Shown piece by piece: positions 18,051-28,378 of a DNA stretch of 64,000 nt. How positions within the stretch are numbered: position 1 is the stretch's first letter; every line of letters begins with the position of its first letter. The translations under genes were made by a program, and so were the position numbers. Origin of the DNA: a virus; the IMG/VR virus record IMGVR_UViG_3300042820_000065, positions 4,934-68,933 of that record. One strand, 5' to 3'. A model generated the notes under the pieces. It saw only the letters and a list, made by a program, of their open reading frames with translations, made no database searches and had not been told where the DNA came from.

Positions 18051-21000
18051 GTGGCGACGCTGATCACGGCTGCGAATCACGGCGACAGCCTTCAGGGTTC
18101 GCCGGAGAAGCGGCTCTGCTACGGGCCGGACGGAACGCTCTGGGCACTGATCGTCGTGCAGGGCGGCCCCGGAAAGGCCCGGTTCTTCAAGAGCACGAAC
18201 GGCGGCTCAACATGGACCTACGCCGGATCGTCGGACATCGGCCTGCTTCAATCGTCAGCCGTCCCGTCATTCTTCATCGACAAGGACGGATACGCTCACG
18301 TTTCCTGGTGCACCTGGGCTCTCGATCCGCAGGTCATCAAATACGCCCGAGGCACGCCGACGACCGGTGGCGGATGGTCCTGGGCCATCACGACCGTCAG
18401 TCCGGCCGCCGGGCGGCTGAACGTCGATACCGATATCATCGCGTTCCGGAATGGAACCGGCTGGGTCGTCTGGATCGCCTACACCGTCGCATCAACCGCC
18501 GACCGCGTGGCCCGATTGAACGTAACGGCGGCCGGAGCCATCACGGTCGCCGCGACCGTGAGCGGCCCGAGCGGCGGCGCGCTGGTGAACCAGGTTGGCT
18601 CGCTCGAATTCGTGTCGACCGGTGACGGATTGACCCCGGCCGCCGTGCCGCACGTTTTCCATACCACGGCGCAGCAGGGCGCGGCCGGAGCGATCTACCT
18701 GAACAGGGCCGTCTATTCCGGCGGGAACTGGACGTGGCAGTCCGCAGTTTCGCTCGTAGCCAGCGCCCGAGTCGACAACACGACCCTCTGCACCGTTCAT
18801 GACGGCACGTACCTGATGATCGCGTACTCCGCGAACTCGGCAACGATCAACGTCTACGAATGGGACGGCACGAACACGCCGACGGCCAGGAATCCACCGG
18901 CCGCTCCGGGCGGGACTGGCAACGTACTCGGCCTGAGCATGTCCGTCGACCCGAGCACCACGAACATCTACCTCGCGTACTACGACGCGACCGACGGCGA
19001 CATCCGCTACAGCGTCTTCACTCGCGGAGCGAACACGTGGTCGGCGTGGGCCATCGCGGTCAGCCAGACTCCGCCGAGCAGCGGCGACGACGGCAAGGTC
19101 CAGTTGGTTCGTCATCCGCCAAAAGACTCTGTGGACATGATTTTCGCTCAGGGCGGCGGCACGTCCTGGTCGATCTACTACCAGCAGTTGGCGGCCCTGA
19201 CCCGCACGCCGACCGCGCCGACGCTCGTCAGTCCGGCGTCCGGCGCACTGGTCGACCTGGCCGTGGGCGGGACGTTCAAGTGGACCTACAATCAGGTGTC
19301 CGCTGGAGATACGCAGCAGGCGTGGGCTTTCCGCCGTACGCTCGGTGCCGTCGTGGACTACTGGAACAACTCGACGCAGGCTTTCCAGAGCGGCAGCGTT
19401 TACAACACCAGCGCCGCTACCTTGCCGTCCCAGGTCGCATTCCCGGCCGGGAAGTGGACGGACGGCAATACCTATCTCTGGTCCGTGAGCACGAAGTCGA
19501 GCACCGGAGCCAACTCGGCCTACGCCACCGACCGAACCGTGGTAGCCACGGCCGCACCGGTCGTCGTCGTGACCGCACCGATCGGTATTGCGTACGGCGA
19601 ATCGACCCCGCTGGTCACCTGGTCGTACACCGGACTCGATGCGCAGCGCGATTACCGCGTCCGGATCTTCACCGAAACAGTGGCTTCAGGTGGAGGTTTC
19701 GATCCATCGACCAGTACGAGCGTGTGGGACTCCGGCGTCGTCACGAGCAGCATCGCGCGATCCGTGAGAGTCGGCACGGCCCTGGGCGATTCGGTCGCAT
19801 ATCGGGCCTACCTGATCGTCACGTCTTCGGCCAGCGTGTCTTCGGCGTGGACTTACTCGGCCTTCACTGTCTCGATCAACCCTCCGCTCGGTCCGCTGAT
19901 CCAGTTGCGTGACGAGATCTGGTACGGCACAAACGTTCCCAGAGTGCGCATGGATGTACTCGGCCAGAGTAACTTTCTGTCTCTGGCGGCAGCGAACGGC
20001 CAGGGAGAGTGGGAGAACGACGCCAACGCGACGATCGCCGTGCAGGCCGACGACTCCGCCTCGCAACTCCTGGCCGGAATCAAGATGACCTCGCTGGCGT
20101 CCGGCCTGATGTCCGCCCGGACGGTGGTCGGCACGGCGCCGGTAGCGCCGTACGGTCAGCCGCAGCCGCTCGGACCGCTGTCGTTTCCGGTCATTCCCGG
20201 TGTCGTCTACACGGCGATCGGTTCGTTCAAGTCGCCGAGTACCGTTCGGGCGGCGCGCCTTTCGATTCGCTGGTACGACGCTGACGATGGAACCGGATCG
20301 CTGATCCAGCAGGATGACGGCGGCCAGGTCGCCTTGACGACGTCGGCCTACTACCAGGGTTTCGCCACGTTCACCGCACCGGTCGGTGCGAAACTGGCCC
20401 GCGTCGTCGTCAGCGTGCTCGGAGCGCTGGCCGCTGGTGAGATCTACTACGTCTCCCGGCTGGCGTTCGCCCCGGGCCGCTCGACGACCTGGCAGCAGGG
20501 CGGTTACGCCACCACGCAGACGGTTCAGGTGGAGCGGTCGCTCGATGGCGGATCGACCTGGGCCGTCGTCGTGGACCGGCTGAAGACCGACCTGTATCAG
20601 CAGGCCATCGCCCGGGACCGGCTCATGCCGTACAACACGGACGTGAAGTATCGGGCCTTCACCGTTGTCGATATCGGTGCTGCGAGCGCCCTTTCGTCGC
20701 AATCATCGCTGGTGTCGACGATCAACCTTACGCCTGACGTCTGGGCCCTGCGTGATCCGCTCGACGATGACGGCGAGATGAATGCCTACGTCATTGACTA
20801 CCAGCGCAATGACGATGAATCGAGCAGCGTCCATCGTCCGGCTGGCCGCGTCTATCCGGTCGTCGATACCGAAGGTGAGCAGGCCGCGACCGGCTCATTC
20901 ATCATCTGGGTCAAGCAGGCCGACATCGACACGGCCGTCGACGTGATCCGCAGGACGGTACCGATGATCGTGCAGTCGCCGCGTGGTGAGGTCTTCACGG

Positions 21001-21086
21001 CCAGGTTCATCCGGCGCAACTACGATGTCGATGCCCTGCGACACCGGAAGATGACCGTGACCTGGATCGAGATTCAGTCGACGTGA
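18051..21086 (+). CDS. Large minor tail protein
   Basis: GGAGG RBS; 1011 aa, beta-rich, with FN3-like and carbohydrate-binding-like segments; follows tape measure. Confidence 0.75.
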   Translation: MATLITAANHGDSLQGSPEKRLCYGPDGTLWALIVVQGGPGKARFFKSTNGGSTWTYAGSSDIGLLQSSAVPSFFIDKDGYAHVSWCTWALDPQVIKYARGTPTTGGGWSWAITTVSPAAGRLNVDTDIIAFRNGTGWVVWIAYTVASTADRVARLNVTAAGAITVAATVSGPSGGALVNQVGSLEFVSTGDGLTPAAVPHVFHTTAQQGAAGAIYLNRAVYSGGNWTWQSAVSLVASARVDNTTLCTVHDGTYLMIAYSANSATINVYEWDGTNTPTARNPPAAPGGTGNVLGLSMSVDPSTTNIYLAYYDATDGDIRYSVFTRGANTWSAWAIAVSQTPPSSGDDGKVQLVRHPPKDSVDMIFAQGGGTSWSIYYQQLAALTRTPTAPTLVSPASGALVDLAVGGTFKWTYNQVSAGDTQQAWAFRRTLGAVVDYWNNSTQAFQSGSVYNTSAATLPSQVAFPAGKWTDGNTYLWSVSTKSSTGANSAYATDRTVVATAAPVVVVTAPIGIAYGESTPLVTWSYTGLDAQRDYRVRIFTETVASGGGFDPSTSTSVWDSGVVTSSIARSVRVGTALGDSVAYRAYLIVTSSASVSSAWTYSAFTVSINPPLGPLIQLRDEIWYGTNVPRVRMDVLGQSNFLSLAAANGQGEWENDANATIAVQADDSASQLLAGIKMTSLASGLMSARTVVGTAPVAPYGQPQPLGPLSFPVIPGVVYTAIGSFKSPSTVRAARLSIRWYDADDGTGSLIQQDDGGQVALTTSAYYQGFATFTAPVGAKLARVVVSVLGALAAGEIYYVSRLAFAPGRSTTWQQGGYATTQTVQVERSLDGGSTWAVVVDRLKTDLYQQAIARDRLMPYNTDVKYRAFTVVDIGAASALSSQSSLVSTINLTPDVWALRDPLDDDGEMNAYVIDYQRNDDESSSVHRPAGRVYPVVDTEGEQAATGSFIIWVKQADIDTAVDVIRRTVPMIVQSPRGEVFTARFIRRNYDVDALRHRKMTVTWIEIQST

Positions 21087-21102
21087 GAGGAGGGCGGTAG
21101 CC

Positions 21103-22206
21103 ATCTACGCACAGAGCGATGCATTCACTGAGCAACTGAAGTCGAACAGCAGACAGTGGTCGACGCGAGCCGAGATCCTTTACAAGGGGACGGCAACCAC
21201 GGTCGATGCCGTCATCGACTCCGGTTACGTCGGCATGGACGCAGTTGCCGTTCGGCGCGAACTGCACGTCACGCTGGTTGATGCCGACGGCATCCTTACA
21301 CCCGCTTCCGCGCGAGACCTCCTGGCCCCCAAGGGGACTGAGATCCGTATGGCCAGAGGTTTGTGGATCCCCTCGATCGACGATTATGAGTGGATCCCGC
21401 TCGGTGTGTTCGGCGTGATCGAACCCGAAGTCAGAAGCCATAGCGAAGGTACAGTGCTGACGATCAAGGGATTCGACCGGGTTGATGCCATCCGGCGCCG
21501 ACGCTTCTCGTCACCGTGGACCATCACGAAAGGCACGCTGATCGAACAGGCCATCAGCGACATTGTCACGTCCCGCTTGGCCGTTCCGGTGAAGATCACG
21601 CCGACCGGCCGGACCACGACCGAGGCCGTCTTCCCGACCCTGCACGATCCATGGGACGCGATCGAGCAGTTGTGCGACGCCGGTTCGATGCAGGCATTCT
21701 TCGATCCGCTCGGCAGCCTGGTCATCGGTCCGGCGGGTGACGTCGATACCGGCATCACCTACACCGTCGGATCGGAAGTCGCTGAACTGATGAACGTTTC
21801 ACGCACGATCGACGCTGACACGACCTATTCCGGCGTCATCGTGACGGCAACGCATCCGGATCAGGACACCATTACCAGCGTCCTGTGGGATATGGATCCG
21901 GCCAGCCCGACCTACGTGCTCGGCGATTATGGTTACCAGCCCTACGGTTTCAGTTCGTCGCTGATTACTACCCAGGCCCAGGCCGACGCTGTTGCGGCGG
22001 GCCTGCTACCGCAGGTGAGCCGGATGGCGCAGGAGGTCGAGATCTACACCGTCGGCACGCCGGGGCACGACATCGGCGACACCTTCACCGTGATCGACCC
22101 GCGCAGCCGGACGAACGGAAAGTACACCGTCATCTCGGCCACGATCCCACTCCGGCCGACCCAGGAAGACCTGCTCCGCTGGCGCTGCTCTGAGAAGGTG
22201 TCCTGA
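21103..22206 (+). CDS. Minor tail/baseplate hub protein; probable ATC start
   Basis: GAGGAGG at 21087-93 precedes ATC-TAC-GCA-CAG (xYAQSDAF). No ATG/GTG/TTG in frame until 21235. Confidence 0.7.
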   Translation: MYAQSDAFTEQLKSNSRQWSTRAEILYKGTATTVDAVIDSGYVGMDAVAVRRELHVTLVDADGILTPASARDLLAPKGTEIRMARGLWIPSIDDYEWIPLGVFGVIEPEVRSHSEGTVLTIKGFDRVDAIRRRRFSSPWTITKGTLIEQAISDIVTSRLAVPVKITPTGRTTTEAVFPTLHDPWDAIEQLCDAGSMQAFFDPLGSLVIGPAGDVDTGITYTVGSEVAELMNVSRTIDADTTYSGVIVTATHPDQDTITSVLWDMDPASPTYVLGDYGYQPYGFSSSLITTQAQADAVAAGLLPQVSRMAQEVEIYTVGTPGHDIGDTFTVIDPRSRTNGKYTVISATIPLRPTQEDLLRWRCSEKVS

Positions 22207-22922
22207 TGCCCGATACGATCACCTCCCTGGCCGACGCCATCGGAGACCAACCGGCCAGCACGGCCTTCCTCGTCGGAAAGATCACGACATTGGAAGGCAC
22301 CGGCTCGTACCGGGTCAAGACCGACGTCACCGGCACCGGCTGGATCAGCCGCGACGCGGAGGCGACACTGTCCGTCGGCGATCGGGTGTGGATCCTTCAG
22401 CAGGGGCCGGTATTCTTCGTCGCCGGTAAATTGGCTGGCGCTTCAGCCTCTCCGGTCGGCGTGCTTCAGCCGTACGCCGGGGCGACCGCGCCCGTCGGCT
22501 GGTTGCTGTGCGACGGCTCGGCCGTGAGCAGGACGACGTACGCGGCGTTGTTCGGGGTCTGCGGCACAACGTACGGAGCGGGCAATGGATCGACGACGTT
22601 CAATCTCCCCAACCTGACGGACAAGGTTCCGGTCGGTACCGGCGCTAACGCCCGTGGCGCCACCGGCGGCGCGAGCACGGTCAGCCTGTCCGTGGCGCAA
22701 ATGCCAGGGCACAGCCACAATGCATCGGGTGCTCACACGCATACCGTCGTGACGACAGGGACCGCGACGGTTCAGTCTGGAACGGGCGCAACGGTCGCAT
22801 CAAATTCATCCGGAAACACCGGAGGCACCGGAACGCACCTTCATGACACAGTTGGTTCCGGATCGGCGCACGAGAACATGCCACCGTTCCAGAGTTTTCC
22901 ATACATCATCCGCGCACTATGA
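22206..22922 (+). CDS. Tail collar-domain protein
   Basis: PVGVLQPYAGATAPVGWLLCDGSAVSRTTYAALF...FNLPNL..HENMPPF is the tail-collar signature. Confidence 0.85.
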   Translation: MPDTITSLADAIGDQPASTAFLVGKITTLEGTGSYRVKTDVTGTGWISRDAEATLSVGDRVWILQQGPVFFVAGKLAGASASPVGVLQPYAGATAPVGWLLCDGSAVSRTTYAALFGVCGTTYGAGNGSTTFNLPNLTDKVPVGTGANARGATGGASTVSLSVAQMPGHSHNASGAHTHTVVTTGTATVQSGTGATVASNSSGNTGGTGTHLHDTVGSGSAHENMPPFQSFPYIIRAL

Positions 22923-22934
22923 AAAGGAGACGCC

Positions 22935-23384
22935 GTGCCGAACAGGCGAGCCAGGGCGCGCAGGCGCATCCTCGGGCTGCGCATTCCTATGACGATCGCG
23001 GAGTACCCACTCGAAGTGGGCCTGTGTTTCTGGGGCATGTTGGCCTGGGTGAACATCGTCACCGGCACCGCCCCATCGAATTCACTACGGTCCCTGCCGG
23101 ATCAGATCCAAACCGTATGGGCTGCGCTGATGATCGTGGCCACACTGACCGTCGCTTTCGGGTTGTTTCTCTGGAAGTCAGCGATCGGCCGAGGTATGTA
23201 CCTGTTCGGGACCATCCTGATCGCTTACGCAGCAGCCATTTTCGGCTTCAGCGGTTGGCACAGGGGCGGAGCCGTCGGCGGCTTCCTGCTGATGATCGGG
23301 ATCGTTTGCTTTCTCCGGGGGTGGTGGCTGAAGGAACAGGACCACGCGCTGCGCAGGGCGATGCAGAAAACCGAAGGAGACTGA
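22935..23384 (+). CDS. 4-TM membrane protein
   Basis: AAGGAG RBS; four hydrophobic segments. Confidence 0.6.
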   Translation: MPNRRARARRRILGLRIPMTIAEYPLEVGLCFWGMLAWVNIVTGTAPSNSLRSLPDQIQTVWAALMIVATLTVAFGLFLWKSAIGRGMYLFGTILIAYAAAIFGFSGWHRGGAVGGFLLMIGIVCFLRGWWLKEQDHALRRAMQKTEGD

Positions 23385-23818
23385 TGTCGGCGACCACACC
23401 GAGCCCCTGGGTGGCCGTCTTCCTGGCCATCATTTCGGGCGGCGGCCTGAAGTACCTCTACGACTCTCTGAAGGATTGGCGCAACGCAACGCCTTCGGAG
23501 ATCCGAAAGCAGTCCGTCGTCGATGCCTCGATCGTTACGGTCAGCCGGGCGCGAGATGAACTTGAGGACGACAACACCCGCATTCGGAAAGAGCGGGACG
23601 ACGATCGAACGGCCTGGCAGAATGAACGTGACCGCTACGAACGAGAGCGGGCCGCGTGGACGGCCGAGCGGCTGGCCCTGCGCAGCGAGATCGACGCGCT
23701 CCGTGAGCAACTGCTGAAGGAGCGAGAAGAATCGACCCGTCGTTACGACCGGCTCCTTGATCGCCTGGCCGACCTCTCTGCCCGCCACACCACTAGCGAA
23801 AACGAGGCTCCGAAATGA
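23384..23818 (+). CDS. Membrane-anchored coiled-coil protein (lysis region)
   Basis: N-terminal TM and charged heptad C-terminus; coupled to both neighbours. Confidence 0.6.
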   Translation: MSATTPSPWVAVFLAIISGGGLKYLYDSLKDWRNATPSEIRKQSVVDASIVTVSRARDELEDDNTRIRKERDDDRTAWQNERDRYERERAAWTAERLALRSEIDALREQLLKEREESTRRYDRLLDRLADLSARHTTSENEAPK

Positions 23819-24552
23819 CATTCACGTTCATCAAGCCGGGCCGGGGCGCATGGTCCACGGACTCGGCCAGTCACGGCCTGTACCTGCGGATCACTCCGAC
23901 TTCGACCAACCGAGCCGGTTTCATCCGCAGCCCGCTCGGCAACGAGCAGATGATCGGATCGGCCTGGGCTCGGAAGACCGACGTCACGTTCCCGTCGGAG
24001 GTGGTGTTCGAGGCCGCGAAGGTTGTACAGCGGCTCGTCGGTGCTGAACCGGACGGGCTGATCGGCGACGGAACCGGCCTGATGATCGCGAACGCCCAGA
24101 GCACACACGGCCTGAAGCGGGATGCCGTGTTCGGTCCGGTCACGGCGCGCGCTCTGGTGACGCCGATCATTGAGGAAGCGGCCGACGAGTTCAACATCCC
24201 GATCGCGGACATCGGCGGCATCGCCGTCCACGAGTCGTCCATGGATCCTGGGGCCGTGGGCGCCGTTACGGGATCCGACGTATCCTGGTTTCAGATCAAC
24301 ATGAATGCCGCAGCCGCAGCCAAGTTCACCATCGCTCAGGTGTGCGACCCGGTATTCGCGTCCCACTTCACCGCGAAAGGCATGGCGGCCTTCGTGAAGA
24401 AGTGGAAGCCGAAGGTCGGCGAGGCCCTGGCCCGTACTGGTGCCATCGCCAATCACAACTCGCCGCTTCAGGCCCAGAAATGGATGGAGACCGGCAGTCC
24501 ACAGGCTGCCTTCATTTCTCAGTACGTTTCTGACGTACGGGATGCGTGGTGA
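23815..24552 (+). CDS. Endolysin 1: peptidoglycan-binding + transglycosylase-like domain
   Basis: PG-binding VQRLVG..PDG.IG..T and D.VFGPVT; IAVHESS..WFQIN resembles the SLT catalytic motif. Confidence 0.65.
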   Translation: MTFTFIKPGRGAWSTDSASHGLYLRITPTSTNRAGFIRSPLGNEQMIGSAWARKTDVTFPSEVVFEAAKVVQRLVGAEPDGLIGDGTGLMIANAQSTHGLKRDAVFGPVTARALVTPIIEEAADEFNIPIADIGGIAVHESSMDPGAVGAVTGSDVSWFQINMNAAAAAKFTIAQVCDPVFASHFTAKGMAAFVKKWKPKVGEALARTGAIANHNSPLQAQKWMETGSPQAAFISQYVSDVRDAW

Positions 24553-25358
24553 TGATGAACGAGGACTTCTCGCCCTGGGGCGACGATTTCGATGACACCG
24601 AGCCGAACGGCGAGTATGCCTGGCTGCGGACGAAGGTCGACACCCTGGTCCCGATGGACCTGGCGATCGAGACCGGCGGCCACGAAGAGGGGGACGCCGG
24701 AGACGATTGGGCGGACAACTCCGGCGCGGACCTGTCCGGCGAACCCGTTCCCGACGAGGATGGCTTCAGGCTCCCGGACGCTGGCCGGGGAGCGGTGAGG
24801 ACGGCCAGCAAGGCGGAGGTCACGGCGATCCTGAAGGGCCTGGGGTGGCGGATCCGGACTACCGGCGAATACCGACAGGCCGTCGGAAACTTCCAGGCCG
24901 CCTACGCTATCGGTGCGAAATTGACCGTCGATCGTGCGGTCGGACCGAAAACCAGTGCGGCGCTACGGCAGGCCGACTCCCGGCGCAAGACCGGCCTGCC
25001 GACGGCGAGCGCTCACTTCTCGCTGAAGGAGTTCGGCTGCAAGTGCGGTGGGAAGTACTTGGCCTGCGCCCGGATCTGGATCAAGCGGGCTCAGATCCTC
25101 GATCTCGAAAAGTACCGCCGAGATCTCGGGGCCGGAGTTCCGATCGTGTCCGGCTGTCGCTGCGTCGGACATAACCACGACGTCGGTGGCGTTCCGAAGT
25201 CGCGCCACATGGTCGGCGATGCCACGGACATGCCGGACCGCCGGAGTCCATCCTGGTTCCGCGCGCGGGGGATCGGCAATGGATTGGGGTACAACCATTC
25301 CAACAACGAGGTCCGTCACTTCGACCAGGGCGGCGTCCGCACCTGGATCTACGTCTAG
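24546..25358 (+). CDS. Endolysin 2: PG-binding + M15-type Zn peptidase
   Basis: HFSLKEFGCKCG, SGCRC..HN..VGGVPKSRHMVGDATD and RHFD motifs. Confidence 0.85.
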   Translation: MVMMNEDFSPWGDDFDDTEPNGEYAWLRTKVDTLVPMDLAIETGGHEEGDAGDDWADNSGADLSGEPVPDEDGFRLPDAGRGAVRTASKAEVTAILKGLGWRIRTTGEYRQAVGNFQAAYAIGAKLTVDRAVGPKTSAALRQADSRRKTGLPTASAHFSLKEFGCKCGGKYLACARIWIKRAQILDLEKYRRDLGAGVPIVSGCRCVGHNHDVGGVPKSRHMVGDATDMPDRRSPSWFRARGIGNGLGYNHSNNEVRHFDQGGVRTWIYV

Positions 25359-25370
25359 GAAGGCATCAAC

Positions 25371-25718
25371 ATGCTCGGCATCGAGAAACTGATCCAGTAC
25401 GTTCTGATCGCGGTCCTGGGATCGACCGGCGCGACCGCGCTGATCACCCGCGACTTCGACCGGACCGTGGTCATCGGCCTGGTCGTCACCGCGCTCGGTG
25501 CGGCGGGCACTTACCTGGCCGCGAACACCCCGCGCCAGCCGTGGGCGAAGCAGGCCGTCGGCATCTTCACCGCTGCCGTCCTGATCATCGTCGACGCCTG
25601 GACCGATCACACCTTCACTCCGGCCGAGGTCGTTCAGGTCATTCTGGCGGCCGTCGGGGCCTGGCAGGTCGGCACCGTAGCGAACACTCTGCACGGGCCT
25701 GCTCCGATCTCGGAGTAA
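25371..25718 (+). CDS. Holin
   Basis: 115 aa, four TM segments, directly after the endolysins. Confidence 0.7.
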   Translation: MLGIEKLIQYVLIAVLGSTGATALITRDFDRTVVIGLVVTALGAAGTYLAANTPRQPWAKQAVGIFTAAVLIIVDAWTDHTFTPAEVVQVILAAVGAWQVGTVANTLHGPAPISE

Positions 25719-25733
25719 GCCTCAAATCGGACA

Positions 25734-25769
25734 CGACGGCCCCGCTGGCTCCGACTGGCGGGGCCGTCG
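25734..25769 (+). terminator. GC-rich hairpin ending the late operon
   Basis: cgacggccccgc / gcggggccgtcg, a perfect 12-bp stem. Confidence 0.65.
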
Positions 25770-25833
25770 CCGTCCCATCACGCAGAGTCATTCGGCCAGG
25801 TGAGGGGGCTGGGTCGGCGACATGGATTAGGTC

Positions 25834-25922
25834 TGTACGCGATGTTTCCGCAGGACTCAATCTCTGCTAATGTTCCTCGTACGAAGAGAGAGTATGGACG
25901 TTGCGGAAACATCGCGTACACG
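25834..25922. repeat. Inverted-repeat element A (ori/att-like)
   Basis: tgtacgcgatgtttccgca (25834-52) and its exact reverse complement (25902-20) flank an AT-richer core; homologous to 63603-63721. Confidence 0.85.
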
Positions 25923-25966
25923 GCTCGGTCTTCGGTCCCGATGTTCTACGAATTGAGGCTCCTGCG

Positions 25967-28378
25967 ATGTCCCTGCAAGCCCTGGATTACGAAGGCTCCA
26001 CTCCGTTCCGACAGGCAGCGATGGCGCTGTGGAAGTCCGGATGGAGCAACCCCCTGCCGATCGGGAACGGCAAGAGCCTCCCGCCAGCGGGCTACACGGG
26101 ATACGAGGGTCGCTCCGTCTCCTGGCCGGATCTTCAAGCATGGCTCGACGACGAGAGCACCCCGCCGAACGTAGGCATCCGGCTACAGCAGACCGTCGTC
26201 GGGATCGACGTGGACGCCTACGACGACAAGCAGGGCGCGAGCACGATCCTCCTGGCCGAAGAGACGTTGGGAAACCTGCCCGCCACGTACACCAGCACGT
26301 CCAGAGGGCCCGATCAGCCGTCCCGGATCCACTTCTACAAGGTGCCGATCGGAACGTCCCTGAAGGGGGCGGAGCGGCGTTTCGTTGAGGCGTTCGGAGC
26401 GGACGTCGAGATTATCCACTTCGGTCATCGGTATGCCGTCGTCGCGCCGTCGATCCACCCTCGCACCGGCGCGGCCTATTGCTGGTACGACAAGAACGGT
26501 GACGCACTGAAGGACGTCCCGCCGATGGACGCCATTCCGGACCTGCCGCAGCCCTGGCTGGCTGTCTTCATCACCCCATCGGAAACCGCATCATCGCATC
26601 CGAGCGACGAAGAGCGACGCTTCACGGCCCAGGCGGCAGCGTCCTGGGTCGAGAGATATGCTCTGGCGAAACTTCGGAATGCACGGAACGGTGAGATTAA
26701 TACCAGGGTCAATGAGGCCGGTGCGGTGTTCTCGCACTTCGTGCCGCTGTTCTATTCGCAAGGCGAAGCAGAGCAGATGATCTGGGCCGCTCGGGCTGAA
26801 ACTGTCGCTGATGAGGCGACGGAGGATCGTGATCGCGGTTCGATGCGCTCTGGTCTCAGTACCGAGGGATGGAAAGCGACCAAACAAATTGAAGTGGACG
26901 ATGAAGTGTCTGCTGTCGATTTCTTTACTGATGCCAGACTCGGTCCTGAATTCGCGAAGGATCGTCTGGTTGGTAAGTACAAGTTCGCCAACAAAATGTG
27001 GCTGAAATGGGACGGCCGTCGCTGGGCCGAATGCACTGAGGATGCCGCTCTGGAAGAGGCCCGCGATTGGGTGGCCGGTCGCATGGAGGGTGCCGTACGG
27101 AAGATGCGAGACGGTGCTCCCTCTCGTCCGGACGGTAAGAATCTTATCGACTGCTGGAAAACGTTCATGAAGTTGGAGAGAGTGAAGGCCGTCCTTCGCC
27201 TGAGTCGTGGCGTCCCCGGCGTTGCCGCTTCGCTGGCCGACTTTGATAGGAATCGGGACATCCTGAATACCGCGTCCGGTATCGTCAACCTTCGCACCGG
27301 AGAACTTGCCCCGTCCGACCCGAAGGCAATGTGCATGAAGTTGGCTCCGGTTCGCTACGTAGCCGGAGCCGAGAGCAAGTCGTGGACGAAAGCCCTGGAG
27401 GCGGTTCCGGAGGACTGCGTAGATTGGTTCCAGATTTTCATGGGCCAGGCGATCACTGGTTACGAGCCGACCGAAGACCGACTGCTCGTCATGCAAGGAT
27501 CTGGCGAGAACGGCAAGACGTTGGTGTTATCGCTTGGGATCCGAAACGTGATGGGCGATTACTACACCGTTCTGGACGATAAGGTTCTTCTCGGCGAGCA
27601 GGGCAGTGGTCCAAGTCCTGAACTGATGGCGTTGCGCGGCGCTCGTATCGCCGTGCTGGAGGAGACGCAAGAAGCCCGGCATCTCGATACGCAGCGATTG
27701 AAAAAAATCGTCGGCACCGGAGTCTTGACCGGCCGCTATCTGTTCAAAGACACCGTTACGTTCGACACGTCGCACACGATGATCATCAACACGAATTATC
27801 TGCCTCGGGTGAAAGAGAACGATCGAGGAACGTGGCGTCGACTTATGACTCTTCCTTTTCCGTACACGTACGTCAAGGGGAATCATGAATTACGTGAAAA
27901 TCAGCGCGTAGGTGACGTGAAATTGAAATCGAAACTCAGTAGCGACGAAGCAAAAGAGGCAATCCTTGCGTGGTTGATTGAAGGTGCGAAACTCTGGTAC
28001 CAGAACGACAAGCAGATGGACGATGAGCCGAAGCGCGTAGAGGAAGCGACGACGAAGTGGCGGGCTGAGAACGATGTCGTCCTTTCATTCATTCAGGCTG
28101 GCATCATCGAGCCGAGCATTGGGAGCCATGTGCTTTCTACGGATCTTCTAACGGCCGTTAACGGTTACCTACGAGAGCAGGGCGCTCACGAATGGACGGA
28201 CAGACTGATGGCTGATCGCTTCGGCAATCATCCAATGATGGTGAATTCGCGTGTCGAGAAGAAGCGCGTTCGAGTGAATTCACCATCAGCCGGTCCGCTA
28301 TCTCGTCCAGTTCAGGCCCACGGCCTGCCGCCGACGAGCGGGACGTACGTCGCCTGGATCGGTCTGAAGTTCGCGTGA
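25967..28378 (+). CDS. Bifunctional primase/polymerase (Prim-Pol) fused to a P4/D5-like SF3 helicase
   Basis: N-terminal NVGI..GIDVD.YD..G..T..S..HFY. C-terminal D5_N region, Walker A GSGENGKT, VLEET and INTNYLP. Confidence 0.88.
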   Translation: MSLQALDYEGSTPFRQAAMALWKSGWSNPLPIGNGKSLPPAGYTGYEGRSVSWPDLQAWLDDESTPPNVGIRLQQTVVGIDVDAYDDKQGASTILLAEETLGNLPATYTSTSRGPDQPSRIHFYKVPIGTSLKGAERRFVEAFGADVEIIHFGHRYAVVAPSIHPRTGAAYCWYDKNGDALKDVPPMDAIPDLPQPWLAVFITPSETASSHPSDEERRFTAQAAASWVERYALAKLRNARNGEINTRVNEAGAVFSHFVPLFYSQGEAEQMIWAARAETVADEATEDRDRGSMRSGLSTEGWKATKQIEVDDEVSAVDFFTDARLGPEFAKDRLVGKYKFANKMWLKWDGRRWAECTEDAALEEARDWVAGRMEGAVRKMRDGAPSRPDGKNLIDCWKTFMKLERVKAVLRLSRGVPGVAASLADFDRNRDILNTASGIVNLRTGELAPSDPKAMCMKLAPVRYVAGAESKSWTKALEAVPEDCVDWFQIFMGQAITGYEPTEDRLLVMQGSGENGKTLVLSLGIRNVMGDYYTVLDDKVLLGEQGSGPSPELMALRGARIAVLEETQEARHLDTQRLKKIVGTGVLTGRYLFKDTVTFDTSHTMIINTNYLPRVKENDRGTWRRLMTLPFPYTYVKGNHELRENQRVGDVKLKSKLSSDEAKEAILAWLIEGAKLWYQNDKQMDDEPKRVEEATTKWRAENDVVLSFIQAGIIEPSIGSHVLSTDLLTAVNGYLREQGAHEWTDRLMADRFGNHPMMVNSRVEKKRVRVNSPSAGPLSRPVQAHGLPPTSGTYVAWIGLKFA

